Positions 21,321 to 31,655 of a stretch of DNA of 64,000 nt are shown piece by piece. Every line of letters begins with the position of its first letter. The first letter of the stretch is position 1. The position numbers were made by a program, and so were the translations under genes. A model generated the notes under the pieces. The model was not told where the DNA came from and did not search any database. It saw nothing but the letters and a program-made list of their open reading frames with translations. Source of the stretch: Candidatus Latescibacterota bacterium. Lineage in GTDB: Bacteria; Latescibacterota; UBA2968; GCA-2709665. Location of the stretch: positions 64,001 through 128,000 of the forward strand of contig CAXXJS010000050.1 of the NCBI GenBank assembly GCA_963662665.2, in the 5' to 3' direction.

Positions 21321-21785
21321 GTGAACGTGGAAGTCACAATTAACGGCGAGCGCCACAGCCACGACGTGGAGCCCAGGCTGCTGCTTGTGCATTATCTGCG
21401 CGACGTTTTGGGCCTCACAGGCACCCACGTTGGCTGCGAAACCAGCCTCTGCGGCGCCTGTACCGTGATGCTCAACGGGCAGGCGGTCAAATCCTGTACA
21501 TTGCTCACGGTACAGGCCAACGGCGCCGAAATCACCACCATCGAAGGCCTGGCCGAAAATGGCGAGCTTCACCCGGTCCAGGAGGGCTTCTGGGAGTGCC
21601 ACGGCCTGCAGTGCGGCTTCTGCACCCCCGGGATGATTATTGCCGCCCACCAGTTGCTGGAGCGCAACTCACGGCCCACCGAGGCGCAGATTCGGCGCGG
21701 CATCGAGGGCAACCTCTGCCGCTGCACCGGGTACCAGCACATTGTGGACGCCGTCCAGTACGCAGCCAGGAAAATGAGATCCTAA
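21321..21785 (+). CDS. coxS: [2Fe-2S] small subunit (CoxS/CutS)
   Basis: [26 protein letters not shown]. Confidence 0.92.
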   Translation: MNVEVTINGERHSHDVEPRLLLVHYLRDVLGLTGTHVGCETSLCGACTVMLNGQAVKSCTLLTVQANGAEITTIEGLAENGELHPVQEGFWECHGLQCGFCTPGMIIAAHQLLERNSRPTEAQIRRGIEGNLCRCTGYQHIVDAVQYAARKMRS

Positions 21786-21798
21786 GAGGAGGTCTTCC

Positions 21799-24129
21799 AT
21801 GCCTGTCAGCAAATCAGTAGGCGCGAGAATCAAGCGCAGGGAAGATCCCCGGCTGATTCAGGGCCTTGCGCAGTACGTAGACGACATTCAAATGCCCGGA
21901 ACGCTGCACGTGGCCGTCCTGCGCAGTCCGTACGGACACGCGCACATCCGGAGCATCGACACCGCCGCCGCTGCGGATCACCCAGGGGTAGTCGCCGTGG
22001 TGACCGGCGACGATCTCAAAGATAATATCGGCACCATTCCATGCGCCACCACCGACCCCGAAGCTTTTCCCGGCATCCAGGTTCCGGAGCATCCGGTCCT
22101 GGCCCATGGCAAAGTGCGGTTCGTCGGGGAACCGGTTGCGGCCGTTGTGGCCGACAGTCCCTACACCGCCAGTGACGCGGCCGAACTCATCGAGGTCGAC
22201 TACGACCCGCTCGACGCCGTCAACTCCGCGGAGTCCGCGCTGAGTGAAGGCGCACCCATTCTGCACGAACAGTTCGGCAGCAACCAGGCCTTCACCTGGG
22301 CTATTGCCGGCGGCGACATCGACGATGCATTCGCCCAGGCCGACCGCGTGGTCAAACAGCGTTTCGACCACCAGCGCCTGGTGCCCAATCCGCTGGAAAC
22401 CCGCGGCGTGGTCGCACGGTTTGAGCCCGGCCGCGGCAAACTCACGGTCTGGTCCTCTACCCAGATCCCGCATCTGCTCAAGACCCAGTTGTCGGTGATT
22501 CTCAACCGGCCGGAGCAACTCGTCCAGGTCATCGCCCCTGAAGTGGGCGGCGGGTTCGGCTGCAAACTGAACGTGTACGCCGAGGAAGCCCTGGTCGGTC
22601 ACCTCGCGATCCAGCTAAAAAAGCCGGTCAAGTGGATCGAGAGCAGGCGGGAGAACTTCCTTCACACGATCCACGGCCGCGACCAGGTAGGCGACGTGGA
22701 GATCCCCGTAAAAAACGACGGGACCATCCTGGGTCTCAAATACTCCGTGCAGGCCGACGTGGGCGCCTATTATCAGTTGCTCACACCGGCAATTCCAACC
22801 CTCACGGGATTGATGCTCTGCGGCTGTTACAAGTTCCAGAACGTCTCCATGGAACTTACCGCCGCGTTTACCAACAAAATGTCCACCGATGCCTACCGGG
22901 GGGCGGGAAGGCCGGAGGCCACTTACCTCATCGAACGCATGCTGGACTGCGTGGCCTTCGATCTGGACATGGATCCCCTGGAGGTCCGCCGCAGGAACTT
23001 TATCGGCAAGGACGAATTCCCCTTCACCACCGGTACGGCCGTTGCGTACGACAGCGGCGACTACGACATTGCACTGAACAAGGCGCTCAGGAAGATCGAT
23101 TACGAGGGATTCCGCAAGGAGCAGGCGGAAGCCCGCGAACAGGGCCGGTACCTGGGGCTGGGCTTCTCAACCTACGTTGAAATCTGCGGGATGGGCCCCT
23201 CGGCGGCCATGCCGGCAGGCGGCTGGGAAAGCGGCACCGTGCGCGTGGACCCCACGGGCACGGTCACCGTTCTCACCGGCGTCTCGCCCCACGGCCAGGG
23301 CCAGGAAACCACGTTTGCGCAACTCATCGCCGACGGCCTTGGGGTGGACATCGACGACGTGCGGATCATCCACGGCGATACCGAAGCCGTGCAATACGGC
23401 ATCGGGACGTTCGGCTCCCGCGCGACCGCGGTGGGCGGCACGGCCATGGTCATGGCCATGGAAAAGGTTAAGGAAAAAGCCGTCAATATCGCCGCGCATC
23501 TCCTGGAGAGCAATCCGCATGACATCGTCCTCGAAGACGGAAAATACGGCGTAAAGGGCTCGCCCGACCAGGGCGTGACCCTGATGGAAATATCCATGGC
23601 CGCCCACGGGGGCGTGAACCTGCCGCCGGATACCGAGCCGGGTATGGCTGCCACACACTTCTTCGAACCCTCCAACTTCACGTACCCGTTCGGCACCCAT
23701 ATCGCCATCGTGGAAGTGGACGCGGATACCGGCGAAGTGGACATCCTGCGCTATATCGCCGTTGACGACTGCGGCAATATCATCAACCCGCTGATCGTCG
23801 AGGGTCAGATCCACGGGGGCATCGCGCAGGGCCTGGGCCAGGCGCTCTACGAAGAGGCCATCTACGACGAGAGCGGCCAGATGCTCACCGGCTCGTTCAT
23901 GGACTACGCCCTGCCAAAGGCGCACAACTTCCCCCGCTTCGAACTGGACAACACGGTCACGCCCTCTCCTGTGAACCCCATGGGCGTCAAGGGCGTGGGT
24001 GAGGCGGGCACCATCGGCTCAACGCCGTCCATTGTGAATGCGGTGGTCGACGCGCTCAAGCCATTCGGCGTACGTCATATCGATATGCCGCTGCGTCCTG
24101 AAAAACTCTGGAAGCTGATGCAGGGGTAG
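21799..24129 (+). CDS. coxL: Molybdopterin large subunit, xanthine dehydrogenase family (form II CoxL-like)
   Basis: VGGGFG, AYRGAGRPE, GQGQET, KGVGEAG. Confidence 0.88.
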   Translation: MPVSKSVGARIKRREDPRLIQGLAQYVDDIQMPGTLHVAVLRSPYGHAHIRSIDTAAAADHPGVVAVVTGDDLKDNIGTIPCATTDPEAFPGIQVPEHPVLAHGKVRFVGEPVAAVVADSPYTASDAAELIEVDYDPLDAVNSAESALSEGAPILHEQFGSNQAFTWAIAGGDIDDAFAQADRVVKQRFDHQRLVPNPLETRGVVARFEPGRGKLTVWSSTQIPHLLKTQLSVILNRPEQLVQVIAPEVGGGFGCKLNVYAEEALVGHLAIQLKKPVKWIESRRENFLHTIHGRDQVGDVEIPVKNDGTILGLKYSVQADVGAYYQLLTPAIPTLTGLMLCGCYKFQNVSMELTAAFTNKMSTDAYRGAGRPEATYLIERMLDCVAFDLDMDPLEVRRRNFIGKDEFPFTTGTAVAYDSGDYDIALNKALRKIDYEGFRKEQAEAREQGRYLGLGFSTYVEICGMGPSAAMPAGGWESGTVRVDPTGTVTVLTGVSPHGQGQETTFAQLIADGLGVDIDDVRIIHGDTEAVQYGIGTFGSRATAVGGTAMVMAMEKVKEKAVNIAAHLLESNPHDIVLEDGKYGVKGSPDQGVTLMEISMAAHGGVNLPPDTEPGMAATHFFEPSNFTYPFGTHIAIVEVDADTGEVDILRYIAVDDCGNIINPLIVEGQIHGGIAQGLGQALYEEAIYDESGQMLTGSFMDYALPKAHNFPRFELDNTVTPSPVNPMGVKGVGEAGTIGSTPSIVNAVVDALKPFGVRHIDMPLRPEKLWKLMQG

Positions 24130-24229
24130 GCTGTCTGCCCGGCCCATCGGGTGGCGCGAAAAACCGGGCGGCGAACGGTTGAACGCGCTCGCACGGAAGT
24201 TCAAATTTTCGATACCTGGAGAGATTACA

Positions 24230-25096
24230 ATGATTCCTAGCCCATTCGACTATCATGCGCCGAAGACCCTGAGAAAGGCGCTCAGCCTGCTTCAGGAACA
24301 CGGAGACGACGCAAAGATCCTGGCTGGCGGCCACAGCCTCATCCCGCTGATGAAACTGCGGTTCGCCTCTCCGGCAACCCTCATCGACCTTGGCGGCATC
24401 ACGGGTCTGCGGAAGGTCGTGGCCGGAAACGAAACCATTTCGATCGGCGCCCTGGCGACTCACTACGCGGTTGAGAGCCACCGTCTGCTGAAGTCCAGGT
24501 GCGGCCTGCTACCTGAAACCGCCTCGGCAATAGGAGACGTCCAGGTGCGCAATCGCGGCACGGTAGGCGGCAGCCTGGTCCACGCGGACCCGGCTGCAGA
24601 CTGGCCCGCCACGATGCTGGCGTTGAACGCCGAACTCGACGTCTCCGGCCCCGATGGCGTGAGGAGCGTTGCCATTGGCGATTTCTTCGAAGATCTGCTC
24701 ACCACCGCCATTGGCGACGACGAAATCCTCACCCGGGTCCGCATCGCCACGCCGCCGGACAACTCGGGCGGTGCGTACGTCAAGATGCACCAGTCCGCCT
24801 CGGGATTCGCTATCTGCGGCGTTGCCGCCCAGGTTACGCGGGACAACGGCAGCTGCGCCTCGGTCGGCGTCGGCGTCACTGGGGTATCGCCGGTGGCTTA
24901 CAGAGCCTCGGCCGTTGAGGCAGCGCTGCAGGGGGGACCGCTCAACGACGAGTCCATCGCGTCGGCAGCCGAATTGGCCGCCGACGGCGTCGAGGAACTC
25001 CAGGAAGACCACCACGCTTCGGGCGACTACCGCGTGCACCTGGCGCGGGTCTATACCCGGCAGGCGCTCACGCTTGCTGCCCAGCGGGCTGCCTGA
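24230..25096 (+). CDS. coxM: FAD-binding medium subunit (CoxM/CutM)
   Basis: LAGGHSLIP, QVRNRGTVGGS, HADPAAD. Confidence 0.92.
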   Translation: MIPSPFDYHAPKTLRKALSLLQEHGDDAKILAGGHSLIPLMKLRFASPATLIDLGGITGLRKVVAGNETISIGALATHYAVESHRLLKSRCGLLPETASAIGDVQVRNRGTVGGSLVHADPAADWPATMLALNAELDVSGPDGVRSVAIGDFFEDLLTTAIGDDEILTRVRIATPPDNSGGAYVKMHQSASGFAICGVAAQVTRDNGSCASVGVGVTGVSPVAYRASAVEAALQGGPLNDESIASAAELAADGVEELQEDHHASGDYRVHLARVYTRQALTLAAQRAA

Positions 25097-25200
25097 CCGC
25101 GTCCGCACTTTGTAACCGTCAAACGCGTGCGTTCGGTTAAGGCGGCCGGGCGCGCGCCCGCACGTACCCACCACCCCCGTAGATTGCGGAGGAAGCGCTC

Positions 25201-25710
25201 TTGAAAATAACGGGCACGCACACCATCAACGCGTCCCGCGAGCGGGTCTTCGGAATACTCACGGACCCCGATGCCCTCGCCAGGTGTATACCGGGCGCCC
25301 GGAAGCTGGAACTTGCCGGCGAGAACACGTACGAACTGGAAATCAACGCCGGCGTAGGACCCATTAAGGGCAGTTACAGCGGCACGGTCCGGCTGGAAGA
25401 CCTGAATCCGCCCGAATGCTATCGAATGATCGTCGACGCGAAGGGCAAGACCGGGTTTGTCAAAGGTGAGGGCAGTATCGATCTCGCAACCGAAGGCGAC
25501 GGTACCCAGGTCTCGTACAGCGGCAACGTGCAACTGGGCGGCCCCGTTGCGGCCGTGGGCCAGCGGCTGCACATGAGCGTTTCGAAGATGATGACGCGGC
25601 AGCTGTTCGGCGCTATAGAGGCCGAGGCCAATGCCACTCCCGGCGAAACCGTGAAGCACGGCATCCTGCGGGACTATCTCCGCGGCAAGAGGCCGGGCGC
25701 CGGACAATAG
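25201..25710 (+). CDS. coxG: CoxG (SRPBCC) protein
   Basis: LTDPDALARCIPG, VGPIKG, GGPVAAVGQRL. Confidence 0.85.
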   Translation: MKITGTHTINASRERVFGILTDPDALARCIPGARKLELAGENTYELEINAGVGPIKGSYSGTVRLEDLNPPECYRMIVDAKGKTGFVKGEGSIDLATEGDGTQVSYSGNVQLGGPVAAVGQRLHMSVSKMMTRQLFGAIEAEANATPGETVKHGILRDYLRGKRPGAGQ

Positions 25711-25774
25711 CGGTTCCCGTCCGGACCGGCTGAGATAACCAAAAACGCGCGAGTTCTGCAATCCGGAATCCCGT

Positions 25775-26140
25775 ATGCCCCATATCAACTGGAACGACGT
25801 CCCCGTCAACGACCTGGCGCCCGGCGTGCGAATCCGCGCGCCCTATGGCGAAAACCTCATGATCTCCCTGCTGGAAATGGATGAGGGTGCGGTCGTGCCG
25901 CTGCACCATCACCCCCACGAACAGGGCGGCATCATGCTCGAGGGGCGGGTCGAACTCACGATTGGGGACGTTACCCGTACGGTTGAGAAGGACGCCGCGT
26001 ATCTCATTCCGCCCAATGTGCCCCATCGCGCGGTTGCCGTGGACGGTCCCGCCGTTGTGCTGGACATCTTCAGCCCCGTCCGGGAAGACTACGTGGAACT
26101 GGGCAACCGCTACATCCCGCCTGACGACGCGCCCGGATAA
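25775..26140 (+). CDS. Cupin-domain protein
   Basis: PLHHHPHEQ...IPPNVPH, DIFSPVREDY. Confidence 0.88.
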   Translation: MPHINWNDVPVNDLAPGVRIRAPYGENLMISLLEMDEGAVVPLHHHPHEQGGIMLEGRVELTIGDVTRTVEKDAAYLIPPNVPHRAVAVDGPAVVLDIFSPVREDYVELGNRYIPPDDAPG

Positions 26141-26174
26141 ACGCACAGGCCGCCGTGTCGCAGATCGAGAATTG

Positions 26175-26211
26175 AAAAAAACAGAGGGTCGGGAGTGATT
26201 CCCGACCCTCT
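26175..26211 (-). terminator. Intrinsic terminator between convergent genes
   Basis: 12-bp stem AGAGGGTCGGGA/TCCCGACCCTCT with an adjacent A7 tract (U-tract on the minus strand). Confidence 0.75.
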
Positions 26212-26247
26212 TCTCGTTCCTCCGCGTGGCCCTCATCCCTCTTCATT

Positions 26248-29200
26248 CTACCCGATTGATCGCGAACCGAGAATAGAACCTGCAAACCCCCTCATAAAAC
26301 CCCGCAGGTCGTCCAGATACGTATAGAACAGAGGTACGACGAAGAGCGTCAATATCGTGGATGAAACCAGGCCGCCGATCATCGTGATGCCCAGCGGGGC
26401 GTAGGGGGTTCCGAGCATGGTCGCCGATCCGGCGGCCATCGGGAACAATCCGAAGATGGTCGTAAAAGTTGTCATCAGAATAGGCCGGAACCGGTTGTAT
26501 CCGGCCTCCTCGATCGCCTCCGCGCGGCTCATGCCTTGCGTACGCAACCGGTTGATCATATCCACCAGAACGATCGCGTTGTTCACCACGACGCCGATGA
26601 GGAGAATGATGCCCATCTGGGACATTTTTCCCATAACGGTACCCGTGAGGAAAAGACCCCAGTACACCCCCAGAAAGGCGAACGGGATCGACAGCAGCAC
26701 CGCGAACGGCAGAACGAAAGACTCGAACAGCACGCCCATCAGCAGGAAGACACAGGTTATCGCCATCGCGATTGCGAACGACATCGTATCGTCTGCCTCC
26801 CGGAACCTTGAATAGGTCTCCCCCTTGTTCCAGGAATATCCCCGCGGCATGGCGAAACCATCCATCGCCCGGTCGATCTGCGCCCACAGCCCTTTCAGGT
26901 CCTCCTTCGTTGTGTACGCCCGCACCCGCATCCGCATCTTCCCGTCCTCCCGTCGAATGGTGCCGCTGCCTTCCGTTAACCTGAACGTGGCGAATGCCGA
27001 AAGGGGTACCTGGGTCCCGGCTTTCGAATGAAAAGGAAAACTCTTGAGTTGCGCCAGCGTCCGGCGGTCGTCTTCGTCCATAAACAACCGGACCGAAATC
27101 CTCCGGTCGTCCTCGTAATACGGCGCCAGGTTGACCCCGCGCAACTGGTATGAAATGCTCTGCCCAACGGCCTGGGCCGTGATCCCGTAGGTGTGGGCCT
27201 GCTCCTTGTTGATGAGCACCTGCACCTCTTTTTCCGCAAATTCCAGGTCGCTGTCCACACTCACAACGTCCGGAATTGCTTCCACCCGCTGCCGCACGGT
27301 CTCCGAAAGCCGCGCCAGCAGTTCGATGTCCTCTCCGTAAAGAAAGACCGAGACTCCCGGTTCGCTGCGCCACCGCGTCTGAACCATCACCCGCACACCA
27401 ACGAATTGCGGTATGTGTTTTTTGGCGTCCTCGATCACCTCCGCCCGCGTCATCCGTCCCTTTATTGGGATACCGGCCTTCTTTCGAACGCTCTTGTAAA
27501 ACTGATACCACCAGTCCTTGTTAGGCTCCTCTTCCAGATAGACACGGATAAAGCCGCGTTGCCTCCAGTAACCCAGCCGCACCGTTTCAATGCGGTACGT
27601 CTCCCGCTTGCTTTCCAGGAAATCCTCGATCTGCGTAGCAATCCGCTCCATCTCCGCCCGCTTGAAAAACGGAGCGGCCGTGAAACGGATGTAGAACTCA
27701 TTATTCACGCGGGCGCGCCCGGTTGTCTTCTTGATGTTCGACGCAGGATAGAGAATCGAAATGAACAGGATGATGAAGATCAGCGAAGCGTCCCGCCGGT
27801 GTGCAAGAATCCATCTCAAACCGCCATGGTATCTGCGCCGCAACCACCGGACCGATCCCGGATCTTCCGTGGCGGCGCGCCTGCCAAGCAACTTCGCGGC
27901 GAGGGGGATGAAAATCAGCGCCACAAACAGAGACCCCAGCAGCGATACGACCACCGGAATGCCGACCCTCGTGAGTTCGAACGTCAGCCCGACGTCTCCC
28001 GTCATGAACATCAGCGGCATAAAGACTACGACCGTGGTCAACGTCGCCATCGAGATGGCCATACCCACCTCGCTCGCCCCGGCAACCGACGCCTCGTCCA
28101 CGTCCATTCCCTTTGCACGCATCCGATAGATGTTTTCCACAATGACAATCGCGTTGTCCACCACCATTCCCATCCCCACCATCAGGCCCATCATTGTGAG
28201 CAGATTCAGCGACCAGTCCAGAAAATAGAGCACGGAAATCGTCATCATGATACACAGCGGAATCGAAAGGGTGATGAGGGCCGTCATCCGGATCGCGCGC
28301 AGGAAATACAGCAGGATCAGGGAGGCGAAAAGGGCGCCCCATATTGCGGTCGTCCGGATATTGTCTATGGAGTCCCGCACCGCCGCCCCCTGGTCCCACA
28401 TGACGTTGAACTGTGCGCCGGTTTCACGGCCGATCAGGTCCAATTCCTTCTTCACCAGGCTGGACACGTCCACCACATTGGCGCTGGACTCCTTGTATAC
28501 ATCCAGGCCGACGGCTTCCTTTCCATTGATTCGCCACGATCCCAGGTCCGGCGGTCTCCCGAAAAGCACGCCCCCACGTCGCCTACACTGACGTGTCCCT
28601 GGCCGCTCGAGCGTATGATGGGAATCCGCCGGATCTCGTCCATGTCCTTATACCGCGCCAGGGAGCGGATGAAATACTTCTTGTCGCCCTCATGTACGTA
28701 ACCTCCGGCCAGCGCGAAATTCTCCCCCTGCAACGCCTGAACCACGTCGGCGGGCCGGACGCCCAGCGAACGCATGCGCTCCTGGAACACGACTACCATG
28801 ATCTCCTTCCTGAAACGGCCCCAGAAAGAGATTTTCGCCACCCCGTCGATTCGTTCGAGACGTCGCTGTACCTTGTTTTCAATGAATGACTGGATATCCT
28901 CGACACCCGCCGGCGGCGCAAGCCCCATCCAAATAATCTCCTGGTCGGTCTCTTCGTTATACTTCCAGACGCCCGTGCGATCGCGCTTCTCGGGCGGCAG
29001 TTCCAGTTTGAGGCGGTCCAGCCGGTCCATTACCTGGTTGTAGGCCAGAGACATATCGGTTTCCGGTCGAAACCTCAGACCTGCATTCGCCCAGTCCTTG
29101 CCGGCCCATGTTCGCATATTCCTGAGGTTTTTTACGGTACCCAGGTAGGTTTCGAACAGCCGGCAGATTTCCTGGTCGTTCTCCTTGGGCGACGTGTCCC

Positions 29201-29372
29201 GGCTGTCCACCCACACCCACAGTCGCTTCCACTCCCATCCGGAAGGAAAGGCCTGCAGGCGTATTTTCATGTACGACACGCAACCAATCACCAGCAGCGC
29301 CACGAGACACATGGCCACCGTGACCGGTCGTGAAATGGAAAACCTCGGCAACAGCGCATGTCGGTCCTTCAC
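26248..29372 (-). pseudogene. RND efflux permease (AcrB family), split by a single frameshift
   Basis: N-terminal ORF has FSISRPV; C-terminal ORF has VVDNAIVIVENI, VVVNNAIVLVD, RFRPILMTT. Adding one base to the G5 run at 28571-28575 joins them. Confidence 0.85.
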
Positions 29373-29530
29373 GTGAAACTCCTGCGGGAATCAGAGCCGA
29401 ACATCAGGTATTTCCGCATTGGTTCTGATAAAAGATACACATCCGGGGTTTCAAATGGTAATAATTCCATTATCACAGGCAGGCGCGACGCATGCGTCGC
29501 GCCTGCCTACTGATTTTCGAACATTTGCGC

Positions 29531-29559
29531 TTGACATAAATCGTCCAAAATCCTATTTT
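29531..29559 (+). promoter_or_regulatory. Sigma70-type promoter of the pheST leader
   Basis: TTGACA-17-TATTTT just before the T-box stem I. Confidence 0.65.
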
Positions 29560-29566
29560 CTCACCC

Positions 29567-29879
29567 AAAGCGATGACGGAGGAAAGTAAGCCGTCCCCAA
29601 CCGGAAAGGGAGGGGGCGCCCCGGACTGAAAGCGCCCCTGCGGCATGAACGGCCGAAGTTCCCTCCCGAGCTGCAACGCTGAATGCGATTGCCGGAATCA
29701 GTCCCTGGCCTGAAGGTCGTTCGCGGCAATCGTTACTAGGCGAAGCCGGCAACTCTCGCCGATAACGGAGAGGGGCGGTTGTGGCCGTCCGTCAAGCGGC
29801 GCCTGTCCGGCGCAAACAGGGTGGTACCGCGGAAGGCATCACGTCCTTTCGTCCCTGCGGGGATGAAAGGTTTTTTTTG
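29567..29879 (+). promoter_or_regulatory. T-box riboswitch (Phe)
   Basis: AGTA and GNTG boxes, GAAG-TTC specifier (29659-29661), T-box AGGGTGGTACCGCG (29818-29831), terminator hairpin with U-tract. Confidence 0.9.
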
Positions 29880-29952
29880 TTGCCGGGGGCCAAATCCGGG
29901 CGTCGTACCCTCTTCCGCCAGTCGCGGACCCCCGATTCCAGGGAGCATTCAC

Positions 29953-31539
29953 GTGAGTCAACCGATCGACCTGTCGTCTCTTCACGCACTCGAAGTCAAG
30001 ACGCTGCGCGCCTTCGATGGGCGTGAGGACACCGAAATCAACGACGCCGGGCTACCGGCAGCCGCGGGCCTCGGCCCGGGCCAGGTCCGGCGCGCCGTGG
30101 AATGGCTGCGTTCCAAAGGTCTCCTCGAGGTCGCCGGCGAAGCCACGGTCTCTACCGTCAGCCTCACCGAATCGGGCGTTGCCCAGGCTGCCATAGGCGC
30201 CACCCCTGAAGTCGCGCTGTTGATCAGGGCCGGAAAAGAACCCGCGCCAACGCTCAAGGACATCCAGGCAGACACCCGCTTCGACCGGGGAGACTGGGGC
30301 AGCGCCTTCGGCGGCCTGAAGGCCGAAGGCACGATCCGGCAGGAAGGCGCCGCCATCGGTATCGCCGATCCCGAAAGAGCCGCGTTCTATACGCAAAGGC
30401 TATTGCCGGGGCTTTTTCATCGCTTCGGAGATGACGCCGACAAGGCTGTCCTGAATCTCTCAGACCTTACAGAAGAAATACAGACCTATATCCGTCAAAA
30501 AACGAGCAAACGTGGCAAGGGCAAGGGCGCCATCCGCGTGGACGAACGCCTCGAACGCACGTACCGGCTCACGCCGTCGGGCGCCCGGACGCTTCGCCGC
30601 ATTCTGGAAACCAACTTGTCCGGTGAAGAGGTCTCTCGCCTCACGCAGGAAATGCTCCAGTCCGGCGACTGGCGGAACGTCTCGTTCCGCCGTTATGACA
30701 TCAGTATCAAGCCCCCGCGCATTCTCATCGGTCGCCTCCACCCCTACCGCGCCTACCTCGACGGCGTCCGGCGAAAACTGCTCTCCCTGGGGTTCGAAGA
30801 AATGAAGGGACCGCTGGTGGAAACCGAGTTCTGGAACATGGATGCCCTGTTCATGCCGCAGTTCCACGCGGCACGCAATATCCACGACGCCTATTACGTG
30901 AAGGAACCCACGCGTTCGAAAGCGGTCGAAGAACCCTTCTTTTCGAATGTGGCTGCGGCCCACGCGAACGGCGGCGACACGGGCTCCCGCGGTTGGCGAT
31001 ACGAATTCAACCCGGGCCGGGCGCGCCGGCTCATTCTGCGCAGCCAGGGAACCGCGCTGTCGGGCCGTACGCTGGCTTCCGGCCCGAATATCCCGGGGAA
31101 ATACTTCGCTGTCGCGCGCTGTTTCCGTTACGATGACGTCGACGCCACCCACGCGGCGGACTTTTTCCAGGTGGAGGGTATCGTACTGGGAGAGAGCATA
31201 AACTTCCGGAGTCTGCTCGGCCTGCTCAAGCTCTTTGCGCTGGAAATCGCGCAGTCGGAGGAGTGCCGGTTTGTGCCGGACTATTTCCCGTTCACCGAGC
31301 CCTCGGTCGAACTTCAGGCCAGGCACCCGACGCTGGGCTGGATCGAATTCGGCGGCGCGGGCCTCTTCCGACCCGAACTCACGCGCCCGCTCGGCGTAGA
31401 GGTCCCCGTTATCGCATGGGGACTCGGCATCGACCGTATGGCCATGGTTGCCCTGGGTATTGACGATATCCGTGACCTTTTCAGCACCGACCTGGACCTG
31501 ATCCGTAACGAGAGAGAAAACATGCCAGCGTCGAGGTAA
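29953..31539 (+). CDS. pheS: Phenylalanine-tRNA ligase alpha subunit, long archaeal type
   Basis: FWNMDALFMPQFHAAR, FRYDDVDATH, YFPFTEPS, AWGLGIDR; about 528 aa from GTG 29953. Confidence 0.93.
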   Translation: MSQPIDLSSLHALEVKTLRAFDGREDTEINDAGLPAAAGLGPGQVRRAVEWLRSKGLLEVAGEATVSTVSLTESGVAQAAIGATPEVALLIRAGKEPAPTLKDIQADTRFDRGDWGSAFGGLKAEGTIRQEGAAIGIADPERAAFYTQRLLPGLFHRFGDDADKAVLNLSDLTEEIQTYIRQKTSKRGKGKGAIRVDERLERTYRLTPSGARTLRRILETNLSGEEVSRLTQEMLQSGDWRNVSFRRYDISIKPPRILIGRLHPYRAYLDGVRRKLLSLGFEEMKGPLVETEFWNMDALFMPQFHAARNIHDAYYVKEPTRSKAVEEPFFSNVAAAHANGGDTGSRGWRYEFNPGRARRLILRSQGTALSGRTLASGPNIPGKYFAVARCFRYDDVDATHAADFFQVEGIVLGESINFRSLLGLLKLFALEIAQSEECRFVPDYFPFTEPSVELQARHPTLGWIEFGGAGLFRPELTRPLGVEVPVIAWGLGIDRMAMVALGIDDIRDLFSTDLDLIRNERENMPASR

Positions 31540-31655
31540 TAACCGGCGCGGTCCGGCCCAAATTGTCTTTCGTGTTTCGCCTTTTCTAACGACTTCCGTC
31601 TGCCGTCTTCCCCGGGCCGGGCTGGACGGGCGGTGTTTCGGTTGCAGGAGTCCCC

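Noticed and set aside
21799-24129. True aerobic CO dehydrogenase (form I)
   Set aside because: The active-site loop is AYRGAGR rather than AYXCSFR, and coxDEF are not adjacent.
26243-28701. Long overlapping ORFs (422 aa, 502 aa) and similar shadow ORFs across the window
   Set aside because: These are antisense or alternate-frame products of GC-rich genes, low in complexity and without motifs.
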